Positions 35,832 to 49,400 of a DNA stretch of 64,000 bases are shown in pieces. The position numbers and the translations under genes were made by a program. Location of the stretch: contig JBHGNT010000007.1 in the NCBI GenBank assembly GCA_043228905.1, forward strand, positions 6,634,001 through 6,698,000, given 5' to 3'. The notes below the pieces were generated by a model. The model was not told where the DNA came from, ran no database searches, and saw nothing but the letters and a program-made list of their open reading frames with translations. Numbering within the stretch: the first letter of the stretch is position 1; each line of letters opens with the position of its first letter. The DNA comes from Azolla caroliniana (lineage: Eukaryota; Plantae; Polypodiophyta).

Positions 35832-36908
35832 GAATATGCATGGTTTCGACTTGTTGTCTAGCTTCAACCTCTGGTCCTTTGCAACATGCATATATGCCAA
35901 GCATCTAAACACCTTCAAGTGCTAATAAGACACATTTTTACTTGTCCACACTCGTTGTGGGACATCACCTTTCAGGGGCACTGAGGGAGACTTGTTAATC
36001 ATATAGATTGCTATCAACATAGCTTCAACCCAATACGACTTTGGAAGCTTTGCATGTGACAACATGCCCCTCACTCTTTCCATTATTGTTTGATTCATCC
36101 TCTCTACAAGACCATTCAGTTTAGGGGTCTTAGGTACCGTATATTCGAGTATTATGCCTTGAGTCTTGCAATACACCTCGAACTATCCTCTGTATTCGCC
36201 AGCATTGTCGGTCCGGACAACCTTCAATTTTCTTCCATACTCTCTTTCAACTCTGGTCTAAAACTCCTTAAAGACCGACAACACTTGATCTTTCAACTTT
36301 AGCACGAAAGCCCACAACTTTCTGTTGTAGTCGTCAATGAATGTTACAAAGTATTGTCTACCACGATGTGATTGAGCATCCACATAGCATACATCCGTGT
36401 GGACCAATTCTAGTGCACAATCTCTTCTCTTTGGCGGTCTTGAGTGAAATGCAACTCTATTTTGCTTTCCGACGAGGCAGTCGACACATTTCTCCAACTG
36501 CACCCTTTTTACTTCCAGAAGAAGTTTCTTGTCGGCTAGAATATGCATGCCTCTCTCACTCATGTGACCAAGCCTCTTATGCCATAGCTCTCCACTTGGG
36601 TCGACTGCCACATTTTCTTCATCCTTGCACAACTTGGCATGCATCACATACAGTGTGCCCTAATTCTGTGCTCATGCCACTATGAGACTTCCTTTACAGA
36701 ACTTCCACATGTCGTTTTGAAAACTACCATTGTAGCCTTCATAGTTTAATCTTCTAGTCAATATTAGATTTAGTCTGATATCTAGCACATGTCGAACATC
36801 CCTTAGGATTAGCCTACAACCAGTCGATGTTGTTAGACATACTCTTCCAATGTCGGCTATCTTGCATGCTCCATTATCTCCCATCTTTACACAGCCATAG
36901 TCACATGT
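35832..36908 (-). mobile_element. Copia-D: degenerate protease-integrase fragment into which Copia-C inserted
   Basis: WHKRLGHMSE, HTDVCYV, EYTVPKTP and KLDNKSKPCIF motifs, with stops and frameshifts. Confidence 0.85.
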
Positions 36909-36913
36909 TGTCA

Positions 36914-37525
36914 AGAATTAGAATTAGAATTAGAATTAGAATTTTTATCGTCCATAAAGAGGCCAAATTTGACCTATGGGACCAGAGTATACATGTGTTC
37001 TTGATATATGTCTCCTTCCTAAGAAGGGGTATTCATACGTTGAAGCACAAAATCTCTATGTGTTAGTAAAGCATACATGAGCTCAACCTTCTAGGTGGTG
37101 TCTTAAGTATGGCACTTAAGTTATCACTCCCTCTTAGTATGTCAGCATATCTTGAACGAATTGCACTATATGTCGAGGATGTGAAGAGCAAGTGACATTC
37201 ATCCTCTACCATGCTTTCATTGCATACTTTACATGTCTTCAAATTAGTTACATTTTGATACCATGATGCAACTTCAATACCTAACTTGTGAGATCGAGTG
37301 TGAAGTAGTGTAAGGGCTCTATGAGCGTTACTACTCATATTGGTAATGAGATAAGGTTGGATACGATCAATAGACATTTTTGCTTTATATTTAGACCAAC
37401 ATTTAGGGTTGACATTTGCAATGTAGTATTCTAGCTTTATCCTCTTAGCATCCTACCACTTCATCCTTAATGATTCCACCAACCTTTCCTCAATCATCAC
37501 ATACTGCATAACATTGCCCAAAAGC
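36914..37525 (-). mobile_element. 5'-truncated LINE (RTE/RTEX-like ORF2 C-terminus) with (AATTCT)5 tail
   Basis: ORF 37063-37377 has RSHKLGIEVASW..CKVC..EDECHLL, a C-terminal Cys/His domain of non-LTR ORF2. The hexamer tandem tail is at 36914-36943. Confidence 0.75.
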
Positions 37526-37737
37526 TCTAAGAGAGATAGAGAGAGAGAGTATTGTAAAAGTATTGTATTGCACTATAAGATGGATAACAACGAGTAAGTA
37601 ACAAGGGTGCTCTAAAATGGAGTTGAACCAATTTGCTTTATCCCTAATTATTAGATGCATATTTATAAGTCCTAATAGGGTATTCTAGAAAGTCCTAGAA
37701 TAAAGAGTACACTAGAATATTCTGGAACATTCTAGAC

Positions 37738-40700
37738 TGTTGAGATATCAAGCTCAACTAGTTTAATCTAGTTAGTCAACACATGTAACTTAGTAGTTAC
37801 CTAGATCGAATCTAGTTAATGTGTTGACCTTAAGCCTTAAAATTGGACCTTGTACTTAAGTGCGATATTCTAGATCCTCCACTCCTTAGTACATTTAATG
37901 TAGGACTTACACGTAAGTACCTATGTTCTACCCACACATGTGCACCTTTGCACATGGGTTGTATATATACCTCATTGTGGGTATTTTTGTAGTTGATGAC
38001 ACTTTTCAATATAGTCAATCATCCCCCATTTATCTTTGTTCAAGTGTAACTTCCTCTCTCTCTCTCTCTCTCTTCCTCTCACACACTCTCACGCGCATAT
38101 CATACTAATCTTCCGCTGCTTAACGTAACCATATAATTAGTCTCTAATTAACCCTAGTTAATTACCTAATTACTTAACATGGTATCAGAGCGCGTGGTTT
38201 AGGAAATCCACTAAGCCCACCGCTTATTCGTGATTGTGTGTTCGAGACGCCGACGACAAATCCCGGCTATTCGTTATCCGCTACCGTAGTGCCGCTACGA
38301 AGGACGCGTACGCGACCAAGAGAAGAAAAACAAAACGGAAGACACAACAATCAACATGAACAAACAAATGGGAAGCTCGCTCCCTAGCGAAAAGCTAGAC
38401 CGAAGCAACTACTCATCTTGGGAGTACAAGATGAATCAATACCTTGTCGGCCAAGGGTATTGGAGCTACATCAACGGCGCACAAGAAAACAAACCCGAAA
38501 CCACGCATGCCAACTACCCAACATGGGAGCAAGGCGCGAGTCGGGTAATGTATTGCTTGGCAACATGTGTAAACGACCACATGCTTAGCCACATTCGTGA
38601 TGCCAAGACGCCCAAAGAGGCGTTGGAAAATCTCAAGAAGATTTTCTCCGCGGACCCATCCGCGCGCAAGCTTCAACTCCGACAAGAGTTGAACAACATA
38701 CGACAAAAAGAAATGTCCATGACGGACTACACCGCCAAGATCAAGAGCATTTGCGACTCTCTTGGCTCCATCAACGTCAACATCGACGAGGACGAGATGG
38801 TGCAAGTATGCTTGGGCGGCCTCACACAACGATTCAACCCGTTGAGAACGACAATCTTGGTGAGAGATACCCCTCCCTTGTTCTTCAACCTCCAATCAAT
38901 GCTATTGGTCGAAGAAAACCACGTTCAACCAAAGACCAACACATCGGAAGGACAAATGCTCTTCTCCGATACGGATGGTGCCCATAGACGAGGTCAACGT
39001 GGAAGAGGTCAATTCGACCTATCCCACGAAGGGAATTCACAATTTCGGCAAGGAAACGGGACCCATCGAGGAACCTTCACAAGAAGGGGGAGCTTCCACG
39101 CTGAACAAGGTCGGCGAACGACGCCACCTACGTGCAACTATTGTGGCAAAATCGACCATCGTGAAGAGGAGTGCCAAAAAAGACGAAGCGGGTCGGCCTC
39201 AACAAGCCGGCAACTCACAAATTATGCCGCGAACGCGGAATACGCGGACTACGGCGGACTCTTCGTGATGAGGCATAGAGCGAACTCTATGATGGCCTCC
39301 GATCCCGCAAATTCCGCAAGCATCTCCAACTCCGAACACACGTGGTTCGTAAACTCTGGTGCCTCACACCACATGACGTCGCACCAAGAGTGGTTTCGCG
39401 ACTTGTGAACGCCGGATCGACCCGACTACATAGAGACCGGAGACGACACTCCGCATCCCATTCGGCACATCGGCAATGTCCCATTCGGGAAAGAAGGCGA
39501 GCAAACTTGCATCAAGAATGTCTTGCACGTGCCCACAATAACAAAGAATTTGGTCTTGGTCGGCCAAATCGTGGAGCAAGGCATGCAAGTCCGCTTCAAC
39601 AATGAAGGTTGCTTCATCGAGAAAGACGGCCGACTCATAGCCAAGGGACGGAGAGACAGTCGCCTGTTCATCCTCGACTCAAACGAGGTAAAATCAGCCA
39701 TGTACGCCACAGGTCTCAAGACCAAGACAAACATCGAGTTGTGGCTCAAGCGAATCGGCCACGTAAACCTCCAACGGCTTCGCAGAATGCAATCAAAGGG
39801 AGTCGTAATCGGACTTCCGGCCTTCGAATCGAAACGAGTCGACCGAGTGTGTGAAGCATGCCAACTCAGCAAACAACATCGACTCCCATTCCCGAAGGAG
39901 AGCTCCGCAAGCAAAGGCCTCCTTGACATAATCCACTCGGATGTATGGGGACCGGCTCAAACGCCGACGCTTGGCGGATGCCGCTACTACATATCTGATT
40001 TTCTCTGAAGAGTGAAAAGATTGGATTGGATGGCAAAACGTTAACGCGGTGTATTTTCTTTGTGTTTCAGATTAATACGCAGGGGTTTCCTGCAGGTTTT
40101 CAAATGCGCTACGCGTGGATATACCCGATGAAGAAGAAGAGCGAAGTGCTCTCCCACTTTCAAAGGCTCAAAAGCCAAGTGGAGAAAGAAACCGGTCGGC
40201 ACATTCGATGCCTACGATCGGACGGAGGAAAGGAGTACTTCTCCGACGAGTTCACCTCTTACCTCCAAGGTGAAGGCATTCGTAGAGAATTCTCATGCCG
40301 ACACACTCCCCAACAAAACGGAGTAGCCGAGAGAAAGAATCGGCAAATACTCGAGGTAGCACGCGCCATGATGCATGAGAAGCACATGCCGAACTTCTAT
40401 TGGGCGGAAGCGGCATCCACGGCCGTCTATCTCATGAATCGATGCACCACAAATAGCGTGCACGAGCTTACTCCATACGAGATCTTTGTTGGAAGAAAGC
40501 CCATCCTCTCGCACCTCAAGGTGTTCGGAAGCATTGTGAATGTACGCATCCTGAACGAAAGTCGAGAGAAGCCCGAGCGAAGTCGGAAGAATGTATCCTC
40601 ATAGGATACTTGTCCGCGAAAAAGGCGTACAAATGCTTCAACCCTTCGACTCGAGCGGTCGGATAAGTCACGACGTCGTTTTCGACGAATCGGCATCTTG

Positions 40701-41788
40701 GTATAAGCCCAATGCGACTCCATCCGACCCGATCGAGGAAGAGTTGAACGCCAACTCGGACAACGAAACTTGGCCAAGTTCTCCACCGAAGGACAATCCA
40801 AGCTCTACCGAGCTAATTGGCCCACAAGAGCCTCCACACGATGAAAACACATCGTGGCCAAGTCTGACATCGGACAAAGGCAAAGGTAAGATGCTCGAAT
40901 ACGAAGTCGAGGTCCACCCCAACGACCGTGATTCGGATGATTCGGCTCGCTCACTAGACAGTGAGTTCGATGTACCCATCATGAGGACACCCGGAGTAAA
41001 GAAGGTACTCACATCGACAAACGAGAAACCCCACCGCTCATCACGAGCGAAGACCCAAGTCACTCGTTACGCCTACAACGAGTATATGGCCCATCACTAT
41101 GCCCTCACGATGAAGGTAGTGGCCGAACAAGAGCCTGAGGATCCAAGCCTTCGTCACAGGCTTGAGGGGGAGAACAAAGTCGTGGAGAACCGCGCAACAA
41201 AGCCGCGGAGAACCGCGCAACAAATCCGCGAAGACGCGACGAAAGCCGCGCAATGCCGCGAAGAAAGCCACAAGCCGCACCAATGCCGACGAAGCCGAAG
41301 GAAGCTAAACCGGACATTGGACGCCTCACACTTGAGCTTGAGGGGGCGTGTTGAGATATCAAGCTCAACTAGTTTAATCTAGTTAGTCAACACATGTAAC
41401 TTAGTAGTTACCTAGATCGAATCTAGTTAATGTGTTGACCTTAAGCCTTAAAATTGGACCTTGTACTTAAGTGGGATATTCTAGATCCTCCACTCCTTAG
41501 TACATTTAATGTAGGACTTACACGTAAGTACCTATGTTCTACCCACACATGTGCACCTTTGCACATGGGTTGTATATATACCTCATTGTGGGTATTTTTG
41601 TAGTTGATGACACTTTTCAATATAGTCAATCATCCCCCATTTATCTTTGTTCAAGTGTAACTTCCTCTCTCTCTCTCTCTCTTCCTCTCACACACTCTCA
41701 CGCGCATATCATACTAATCTTCCGCTGCTTAACGTAACCATATAATTAGTCTCTAATTAACCCTAGTTAATTACCTAATTACTTAACA
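37738..41788 (+). mobile_element. Copia-5: young non-autonomous Ty1/Copia lacking RT and RNase H, TSD TAGAC
   Basis: LTRs 37738-38179 and 41349-41788 (1 substitution plus one CT unit). PBS 38180-38191, PPT 41339-41348, TSD 37733-37737 / 41789-41793. Confidence 0.96.
38356..41140 (+). pseudogene. Copia-5 gag-protease-integrase, disrupted; gag part open for 350 codons
   Basis: Gag with CNYCGKIDHREEEC, WFVNSGAS, stop at 39406, integrase interrupted at ~39997, coding ends at the RT start motif EPE. Confidence 0.88.
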
Positions 41789-43330
41789 TAGACCATAGAG
41801 CACTCTAGAATATTCTAGAACATAGAGTACTCTAGAATACTTTAGAATGTTTTATAATATTCTATATAGCTTATAAATATTACAATGGCTAAGAATTCGA
41901 CACGTATATAACAAGGTTGTGGGTTCAAATCCTTGTAAACCCAAATCATATGTGAGTGGCATCATGACACTATCCTCCTTCGACGACACGTATTGGGGGT
42001 CACATGGGTTGTACTAGGACTTGGCTTACAAGGATATCGTCAATGAAATTTGATGATGACCATGTCCGCAACGTTGGCAAGATTTGTTGCAGGTTCCCAA
42101 GTTCGACCATTAGGTGTATAGCCTAACCAATCGACCAAGTAATACAGCTTGTTGCACATGATATTGGAATCTAGAATGGCAACAACCTCAAATTCTGGTC
42201 CTTCCAAAAACTCCACAGGTGGTGGGGGAGTTGTAAGACAACCTGGAATTGAACTTGTGGTGTAAGGTTCGAGAAGGGAGACATGAACCACCGAGTGAAG
42301 ATCCATGTGAGGAGGGAGGCCAAGACAGAATGCAACATCGCTTATCTTACTAGTGATCTCGTACGGGCCAAAGCGTTGGTAATCTAATTTACCGCAAGCC
42401 CTAGTGGTCTTGATGTTGTGTTGTAGAAGCCATACACAATCCCCGACATGAAACTTGTTGGAGTAGTCTAGGCCATGACGATCCGCAATACGCTTGTAAG
42501 TACTTTGAGCATCACGCAAATTGTGGAGAATGGTAACGTGAATTTCTTGGAGGCGACTAAGGTGATCCTCAACAACAAGTTTGATAGGAACTCCGGGGTG
42601 TTCAATCATTGTCCAACGAGGATGATAGCCCGTATTTGTGAAAATGGAGAATATCCCGTAGAAGAATGAACCGAGTTGTTATAAGCAAATTCAGCCAAGT
42701 GTAGAAAATCAACCCAATTATCTTGTTGATAGTTGATGAAACATCGAAGATATTGCTCCAAAGTCTGGTTGGTACGCTCAGTTTGCCCATTAGTATTTGG
42801 ATGATAGCCCGAAGAAAGTTTAGTCGAAACTTGGAGAAGTTTTAACATGTGCTTCCAAAACTTTGAGATGAATTGTGGACCTAATTATGTAATATCAATG
42901 AATACTCTACCTTTTTCTTCTTCTTCTTCTTCTTCTTCATGATCTACTTCTAACAAAACATATCCACCCGACGCCACTAGTGACATCAACACGGGAGAGA
43001 GAAAACATGTGTGTGTGAATCCACCCCATCTAATTGTGTAATATCAATGAAGACTCTCACCTTCTTCTTCTTCTTCTTCTTCATGATCTTCTTCTTACAA
43101 AACATGTACAAATATATATGTTTTATATACCTTAATATATATGTATATATATTATGTGTAAACTCTTCTTCTTCATCATCATCAGAGAAGGGAAAAAAAG
43201 CACAACGATTGATCTCTCGCCATAGCTCAACTTAGAAGCTGAACAAAGAAACTCTACTGCTCAACCCCTTACCCTAATATTCCCTCCCCTTTCCCCTTCA
43301 TTCTTCTCTGAGAACGGAACAAAAGTAAAG

Positions 43331-43348
43331 AAGAAGAAGAAGAAGAAG

Positions 43349-43378
<30 letters not shown>
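43331..43378 (+). repeat. (GAA)n microsatellite about 25 nt upstream of the XPO7 ATG
   Basis: About 15 perfect GAA units. Confidence 0.95.
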
Positions 43379-43380
<2 letters not shown>

Positions 43381-43402
43381 GAGATAGAAAGGGGAAGAAA
43401 CC

Positions 43403-46400
43403 ATGGAGAGCCTTGCGCAGCTTGAGATTTTATGTGAAAGGCTATATAACTCCCAGGATTCATCCGAGAGATCTCACGCAGAGAGCACCCTGCAGTGTTT
43501 CTCTGTCAACACAGACTATATATCGCAATGTCAGTATATACTCGACAACACATCTTCTCCTTACGCCCAGATGTTAGCGAGCTCTAGCTTGCTGAAACAA
43601 GTTACAGACCACACATTATCACTCCAGCTCCGACTCGACATCAGTAAGATCTTTCATTTCTTCTTCTCTCCATTTCTTCTCTTTCTATGGCTTTTCGGCT
43701 TTTTCTCGGGATCTGTCCTCAATATCACATTATATACTGCATGTGTTTTTTTGTTGAATTCTCTCACTTTTTTTTGTTTATGAGACTATGTGATAATCTG
43801 TGATGCTTTTCCTAGGGTTTCATATTCAAAATCATATGTCATAGTGCACGTTTGTTTGTTTGTTTGTTTGTTCCCTTCTCATTATTTTTTTCTCTGTGTG
43901 TGTGGTAGGAAATTACGTGATTAGCTTTCTTGCATCAAGAGGGAGAGATTTGCAGACTTTTGTGACGACCTCTCTCATCCAGCTGCTTAGCCGGATCACA
44001 AAACTTGCTTGGTTTGATGATGACAGGTTCAGAGACATTGTGAAAGAAGCAATGACATTCTTGACACAGGTATTTGATCTCTCTCCCCCTCTCGCTCTCC
44101 CCTACTCTAGCAAATCGCGTTTATACACATAGGAGTCAACTTTCAACATCAAAGCTGAATAATCAATTTCCCCAAATGATAAAAAGTGAATTAACATTAC
44201 TTTGAAAGGTGAATTAATTCTACTTTTGTTGAATTTTTATATCTGGAAACGTGAATTTTGTGAATTTTGATCATGATTGGAATATAAATAATCAACACTT
44301 TAATATTTATATTACCTTGTATTATTTTCTCACAAAAAACAGATTTTTGACAACAACATCACGTTCCACTTCAAAGAGCCATTCTATTTAATTATGAACA
44401 GGGATAAATGAATGGCTAGCTCTCAAATAATTGAGTCTAGATATGCAAATTTACTAAGTTTTTTAGTGTCTACAATACAAAAATTACAGGGTAAAGTGAA
44501 GCAGAAACTCAATCATAAAATTAAATCTAGATCGCACAAAAATTACAGGGTAAAGTGAAGCTGAATGAATGGATTTGTCTGGTAACAATGCCATGTTCAT
44601 GGCGAGAAACTGGTTAGACTTTTGATTTAATCAATAAAAAAGAAACAATTTAGACTTCTGAGTTAATGTTGATTTCTCTTTCACTAAATGTCAAATGGAT
44701 CTTTCAGAGCTCATGTATTGACTTTTAGCCCTCGTTGAAACCATTCAAGGGTTGTCACAAAATCGATTCTCTGTTTATGCTTTTAACCGTGAATATCTAT
44801 TCGTGCTTAGAAGCTAACATAGACTGTTATATGCATACTTCGCAGCATTTGGCAGTAGGATCCAGGTGAATTTCATTGAGATTGTTGGAAGAAATTTTGT
44901 TTCATTTATGAGTATCAATTTATGCTTGTGCTGACTCTCTATGCATGGCATCTCTGTTGTCTTGAGAAGAGGCACAAATATTGAGCCCATACATAAACTT
45001 ATCAAAATGTAATGAGGTAACTGATGGCATCACGTATAGTCCAAGGATTGACATTTTCTAAAGGCATATGTGCAATGCTCTTTTCCTTTGCTCTAAGGAT
45101 ACTTACTTAATTCAGATCTTGTGGATAGTAAGGATCTCCAAATGCTATTTATAGTTAGGGTATGCTATTCCACAAGACTATCTTCATTAATATGATTGGC
45201 TATTTTTGGCAATTGAATGAGACTGCTCAACTGAATTAAATGCATGATACAAAAATGTACAGTCATGGTCTTAGTGCCATGCTGCAATTCAATCTTTAAT
45301 GCAGTTTTAACTTGTTGTCTTACCTTTGGAGTCAGTTGTTGGCTTTAGGGGTCCCAAAGATACATTTTCCTTGCTGATTTTGAGGCCCTCTAGTTGGCAT
45401 GGTGCAGCCATGATATCTCTTAATTCCTTTGTACGTTTCATGCCTCACCTCGGATCCACTTTCGATACTTTATTTCGTAGTTTAAAGTCTAGGATCTTTA
45501 TGAAACCTGTACCTGGAGCTTCAGAGGGTCGTAAAACACCAATCAAACCATATTTAGCTTAAATATCAGCATAAATGAAATCTTATATAAGCAAAGCAAT
45601 GCCTCATTAATATTTGGACTCACTTTAATTCCTGAACATGGAAATTGACTCCAGGCTGCCTCCAAAGGCTGTACTTTCTTTATTGATATTAAATAGAAGA
45701 GGATATGATAAGTCAGTGTCCATAACCTATAAACTTAACCGATATTTGCCTATTTGAACAATTAAAACTTGTTATTATTGCTTCCCAGGCACGTTCTCCA
45801 CTGTACATGGTGTAAAAGAGAAAATAAACTATGAGGCATGCAGATTTCAGCCCGCTAAAGTGTCTATCCATTCTTCGAAAGCTGAGATTAAGCCTTAACT
45901 GGTTTGGCCAAATCGTTAGCTTTAACTGGTTTAGGAACCAGTTGGGTTCAAGTTTGGAAATGCCCAAACCGGTTAAGGCTTAACCAGTTTGGTTCGGATA
46001 AGGCCAGACCAGTTAAGCTGAAACCCGAACTGTTGTCAATTCCTAGCAATCATTGTTGTCCTTTATTTAATTCCACACAACCCATAATTGGGTTATACAT
46101 TTGAAGGTCCTACCCAAGTGGGTTTCCCCTTATAAGTCTCTAATTGTTTTCTTCTCGGTGTACTCCTAAGGTAGTTTTATGTATTCATATTGGTGTACTT
46201 AGTGAATAATATGTACCCCATACGGGTGGTGGCTAATAACACTCTCTCTTCATAGCTTTATGCTGTATCTATACATTCAAACCAATATCTGCAATCATCA
46301 TCTGTATATATTGGGTTTTTTGTAGGGAACGACTGAACATTTTTTTATTGGCTTAAAGATCCTTAATCAGCTTGTTGCAGAAATGAACCAGGTTTGTTTA

Positions 46401-49400
46401 AAAAACTTTTATTAATAACATGACTTCCTTGTTCCAGGAAGAAAAAAATGATGTGTTCTGATTTAGGTTGCATCTCATACTTCATCTCTTTGGGGCTTCC
46501 ACAGGCAAGCGTAGGACTTCCATTGATGCACCACCGAAAAATAGCTTGCTCTTTTCGAGATTTGTCCCTTTTCCAAATATTCCAAATCTCTCTTACTTCG
46601 TTGCGGCAGCTTAAGGGTGATGGAAGTATGTCATAGTTTGAAGCTTTTGAGCTGAGATTGTTAAATGATTTGATCTTAAGAAACTAAGTAGACTCCATGC
46701 AAAAACCTTTGTAGCTGATGAGAGGCTAAAAGAACAGGCTATCAATTTGGCATTAAAATGTCTGTCGTATGACTTTGTGGGGACATCTTTGGATGAGAGC
46801 TCCGAGGACCTTGGTACAATTCAGGTGCCAATCAGACTTTATCAAGCCAAAAAACTGTTAGAGGTGTTACCAGTTATTGAGATTGAAGTTACTACCTTCT
46901 TAATGCAGATACCATCCTCATGGAGGCCAATATTCGAGGATACTTCAACATTACAGTTGTTCTTCGACTATTACGTAACCACAAAGCCACCTCTTTCAAA
47001 AGAGGTATTTGTCTCGTAGTACTATACTCTCTGAAGACTTTGGATGTTGGAAACTGCAAGGGCTGAAGAGCTGTCTGTTTTATATTACAGGCACTAGAGT
47101 GTCTAGTGAGGCTTGCATCAGTACGTAGGTCTTTGTTCACAGGTGAACCAGAGCGCTCCAAATTTCTTACTCATCTAATGGATGGTACAAAGGACATACT
47201 ACAGAGGGCTCAAGGTAATATCAATTTTTCTCTCAATATTATCAATGAGTTCTTGTCTCTTTGTTTATATCATGAGATACTTCATAGGTCTCCATTTTAT
47301 GCTGTTGAGTAAGCATGTCCGTTATGTTTCTACCACTGTGCCTTGATCAACATATAGTATGAAAATATTACTTCTGGATCAGGCTTGACACAGTTTTAAT
47401 TGTTGTTGCACTTCCTCAGAAAGTGTAAATTGACGGAAGTACCTTCTCGAGTACATAGTGTTATATTTTTTCTAATAATTTTCACAGTGATTGCAGCCTC
47501 CCTCTTTTTCGTTAGCCTCCCTTTCCTTGCAAACTTAGCATTTTGTCTAAGTTTTCTTCCATTACCCATTTTCTGAAATTTCTTTTTTTCAAACCTTCCA
47601 TCATGCCTAAAGGTGGCATGAAGAAATCTAAGATTTCAGTATTTTCTATGTTAGTACACCAAAACTTTATTTTGGCTATCTTTGTATAACCATTTCCTGG
47701 CCATGCTCTACACTATGCTCTAGAATTAGGGTTTATAATCTTAAGAGTGGCCGGTACGTCTTCTCTCATTGAGTTTTTTTATGTCTTCTTCCCTCTTTCC
47801 CTGTGAAGGGACATTATTAGCTTATCTTGCTAGAGCACTGATAACTAGCTGCTTCTTATTGCTCCAGTCCACTCTTGATTGAGGGTATCTTGACAGCAGT
47901 ATCTAACCTTCATCCAGATGTGGCACAAAACTTGCCTGTATGGCTTTACTATTTTCACTAACAAGAACTTAAAATATTTTCTATAGCCACACTTGCTACT
48001 ATGTGGAAGCTTACATGATTTATTGTTTCCTTGCTCACCTTTAGAGGACATCCAAATTATTTGCCATTTTTACACCCACCCAACATAGAAGGTACTCTTG
48101 AATAGAAAGAAAGATATATATATTAACATCTTTTAAGAGGGCCAAAATGGCCTATAAGACCAAACAAGAGATTAAATCTCAAGTGTTGTCTTGTGTATGA
48201 GAACAACAAATGAAAATAAATGCTACGAAGTAAAAAAGTAAAAAAGATAAAAAATTTAAGATTCTCAAATCAGATAGTGTAAATTTTGTCTTTGAAATAT
48301 CTCTAGGATAGGCCTATCCAGAATGGAGAGTTCTCCCAAGTGAGGGATGCAACTGCGACGTGGGAGATAATGGCCTTTATCTGTCAATGACAAGGGTGGC
48401 AAGATCATGGTCTATGAGGCCAAGGCCTACATGCATGGACAAATTGCTATTGCCTGATCTATTGTAACCCCTTTGCTATGTCCTGGTGGAGAGCCCATTT
48501 GGGACTTAATTCTATAATATACCTGGTCTTGGCTGAAATTCCAATTAAGAAGCCACAAAATATCCTGTTAGGTTTTTGTCATTTTCTATATCTGACCAGT
48601 TGACTTTCTGATCACTAACTTTCTTCTTTCAACAGGCCTTTCTGATCACGACAATTATCATGAGTATTGCCGTCTTCTTGACAGGCTCAAAATAAATTAT
48701 CAGGTAACTATTATCCACATGGAATTTGTAAGTCATTTCTGTAGGTCAAGCTATGCTACTATTAATTTGATGCACGAGAAAATATGACAGTTGTCTGAGC
48801 TTGTAAGTGTGGAAAGCTATAGCGACTGGATTCAACTTGTTGCTGAATTCACAATTCAGTCATTGCAGTCATGGCAGGTCTGTACTAGTCTTCCATTTCC
48901 ATCTGGTATTAATAGTTTTTATAGAGCTTTATATTACTTGGCTGTCAATGAGCACACCTGTAATATTGGTTGATGAACCTGTTATGTTATTTGTGCTCAT
49001 ATTCTTTTGCTCAAGACTTTCAAATATCAGTTATATTTCAAATCTTTTGACAAGCTTTGTGATGTATAGAATTGTGTTACTTCATTTATGTTTATATTCT
49101 TTGATGCAGTGGGCTAGCAGTAGTGTGTATTATCTTTTGGGTCTGTGGTCAAGACTCGTGTCTTCTGTGCCTTTCTTGAAGAGTGATTCCCCTACCTTGC
49201 TTGATTCTTATGTTCCAAAAATTACTGAAGCTTATATCACATCAAGGTTTGATTCAGTACAGGTAAGGTTGAGTGAGTATTCTGGTCACTTGGGAATTTG
49301 ATTATATGTTCTAAAAGAAATTCCTCCATTCAAATTTCAGGTTATTTTGCAGAACAATATATCTGAGGATCCCTTGGATAATGAAGAACTCTTGCAAGAT

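Larger units (their letters stand above)
37530..42883 (-). mobile_element. Chromovirus E: 3' fragment (integrase, chromodomain, PPT, 3' LTR split by Copia-5)
   Basis: GPQFISKFW, YHPNTNGQTER, GPY and chromodomain in 42040-42883. PPT rc 41970-41981. LTR starts TGTCATGAT at 41969 (as in B) and continues at 37737 downward. The LTR outer end is uncertain. Confidence 0.88.

Noticed and set aside
44477-44561. 26-bp direct repeat in XPO7 intron 2 (and short GTCACAAGAT repeats near 53700)
   Set aside because: Ordinary local slippage duplications with no further structure.
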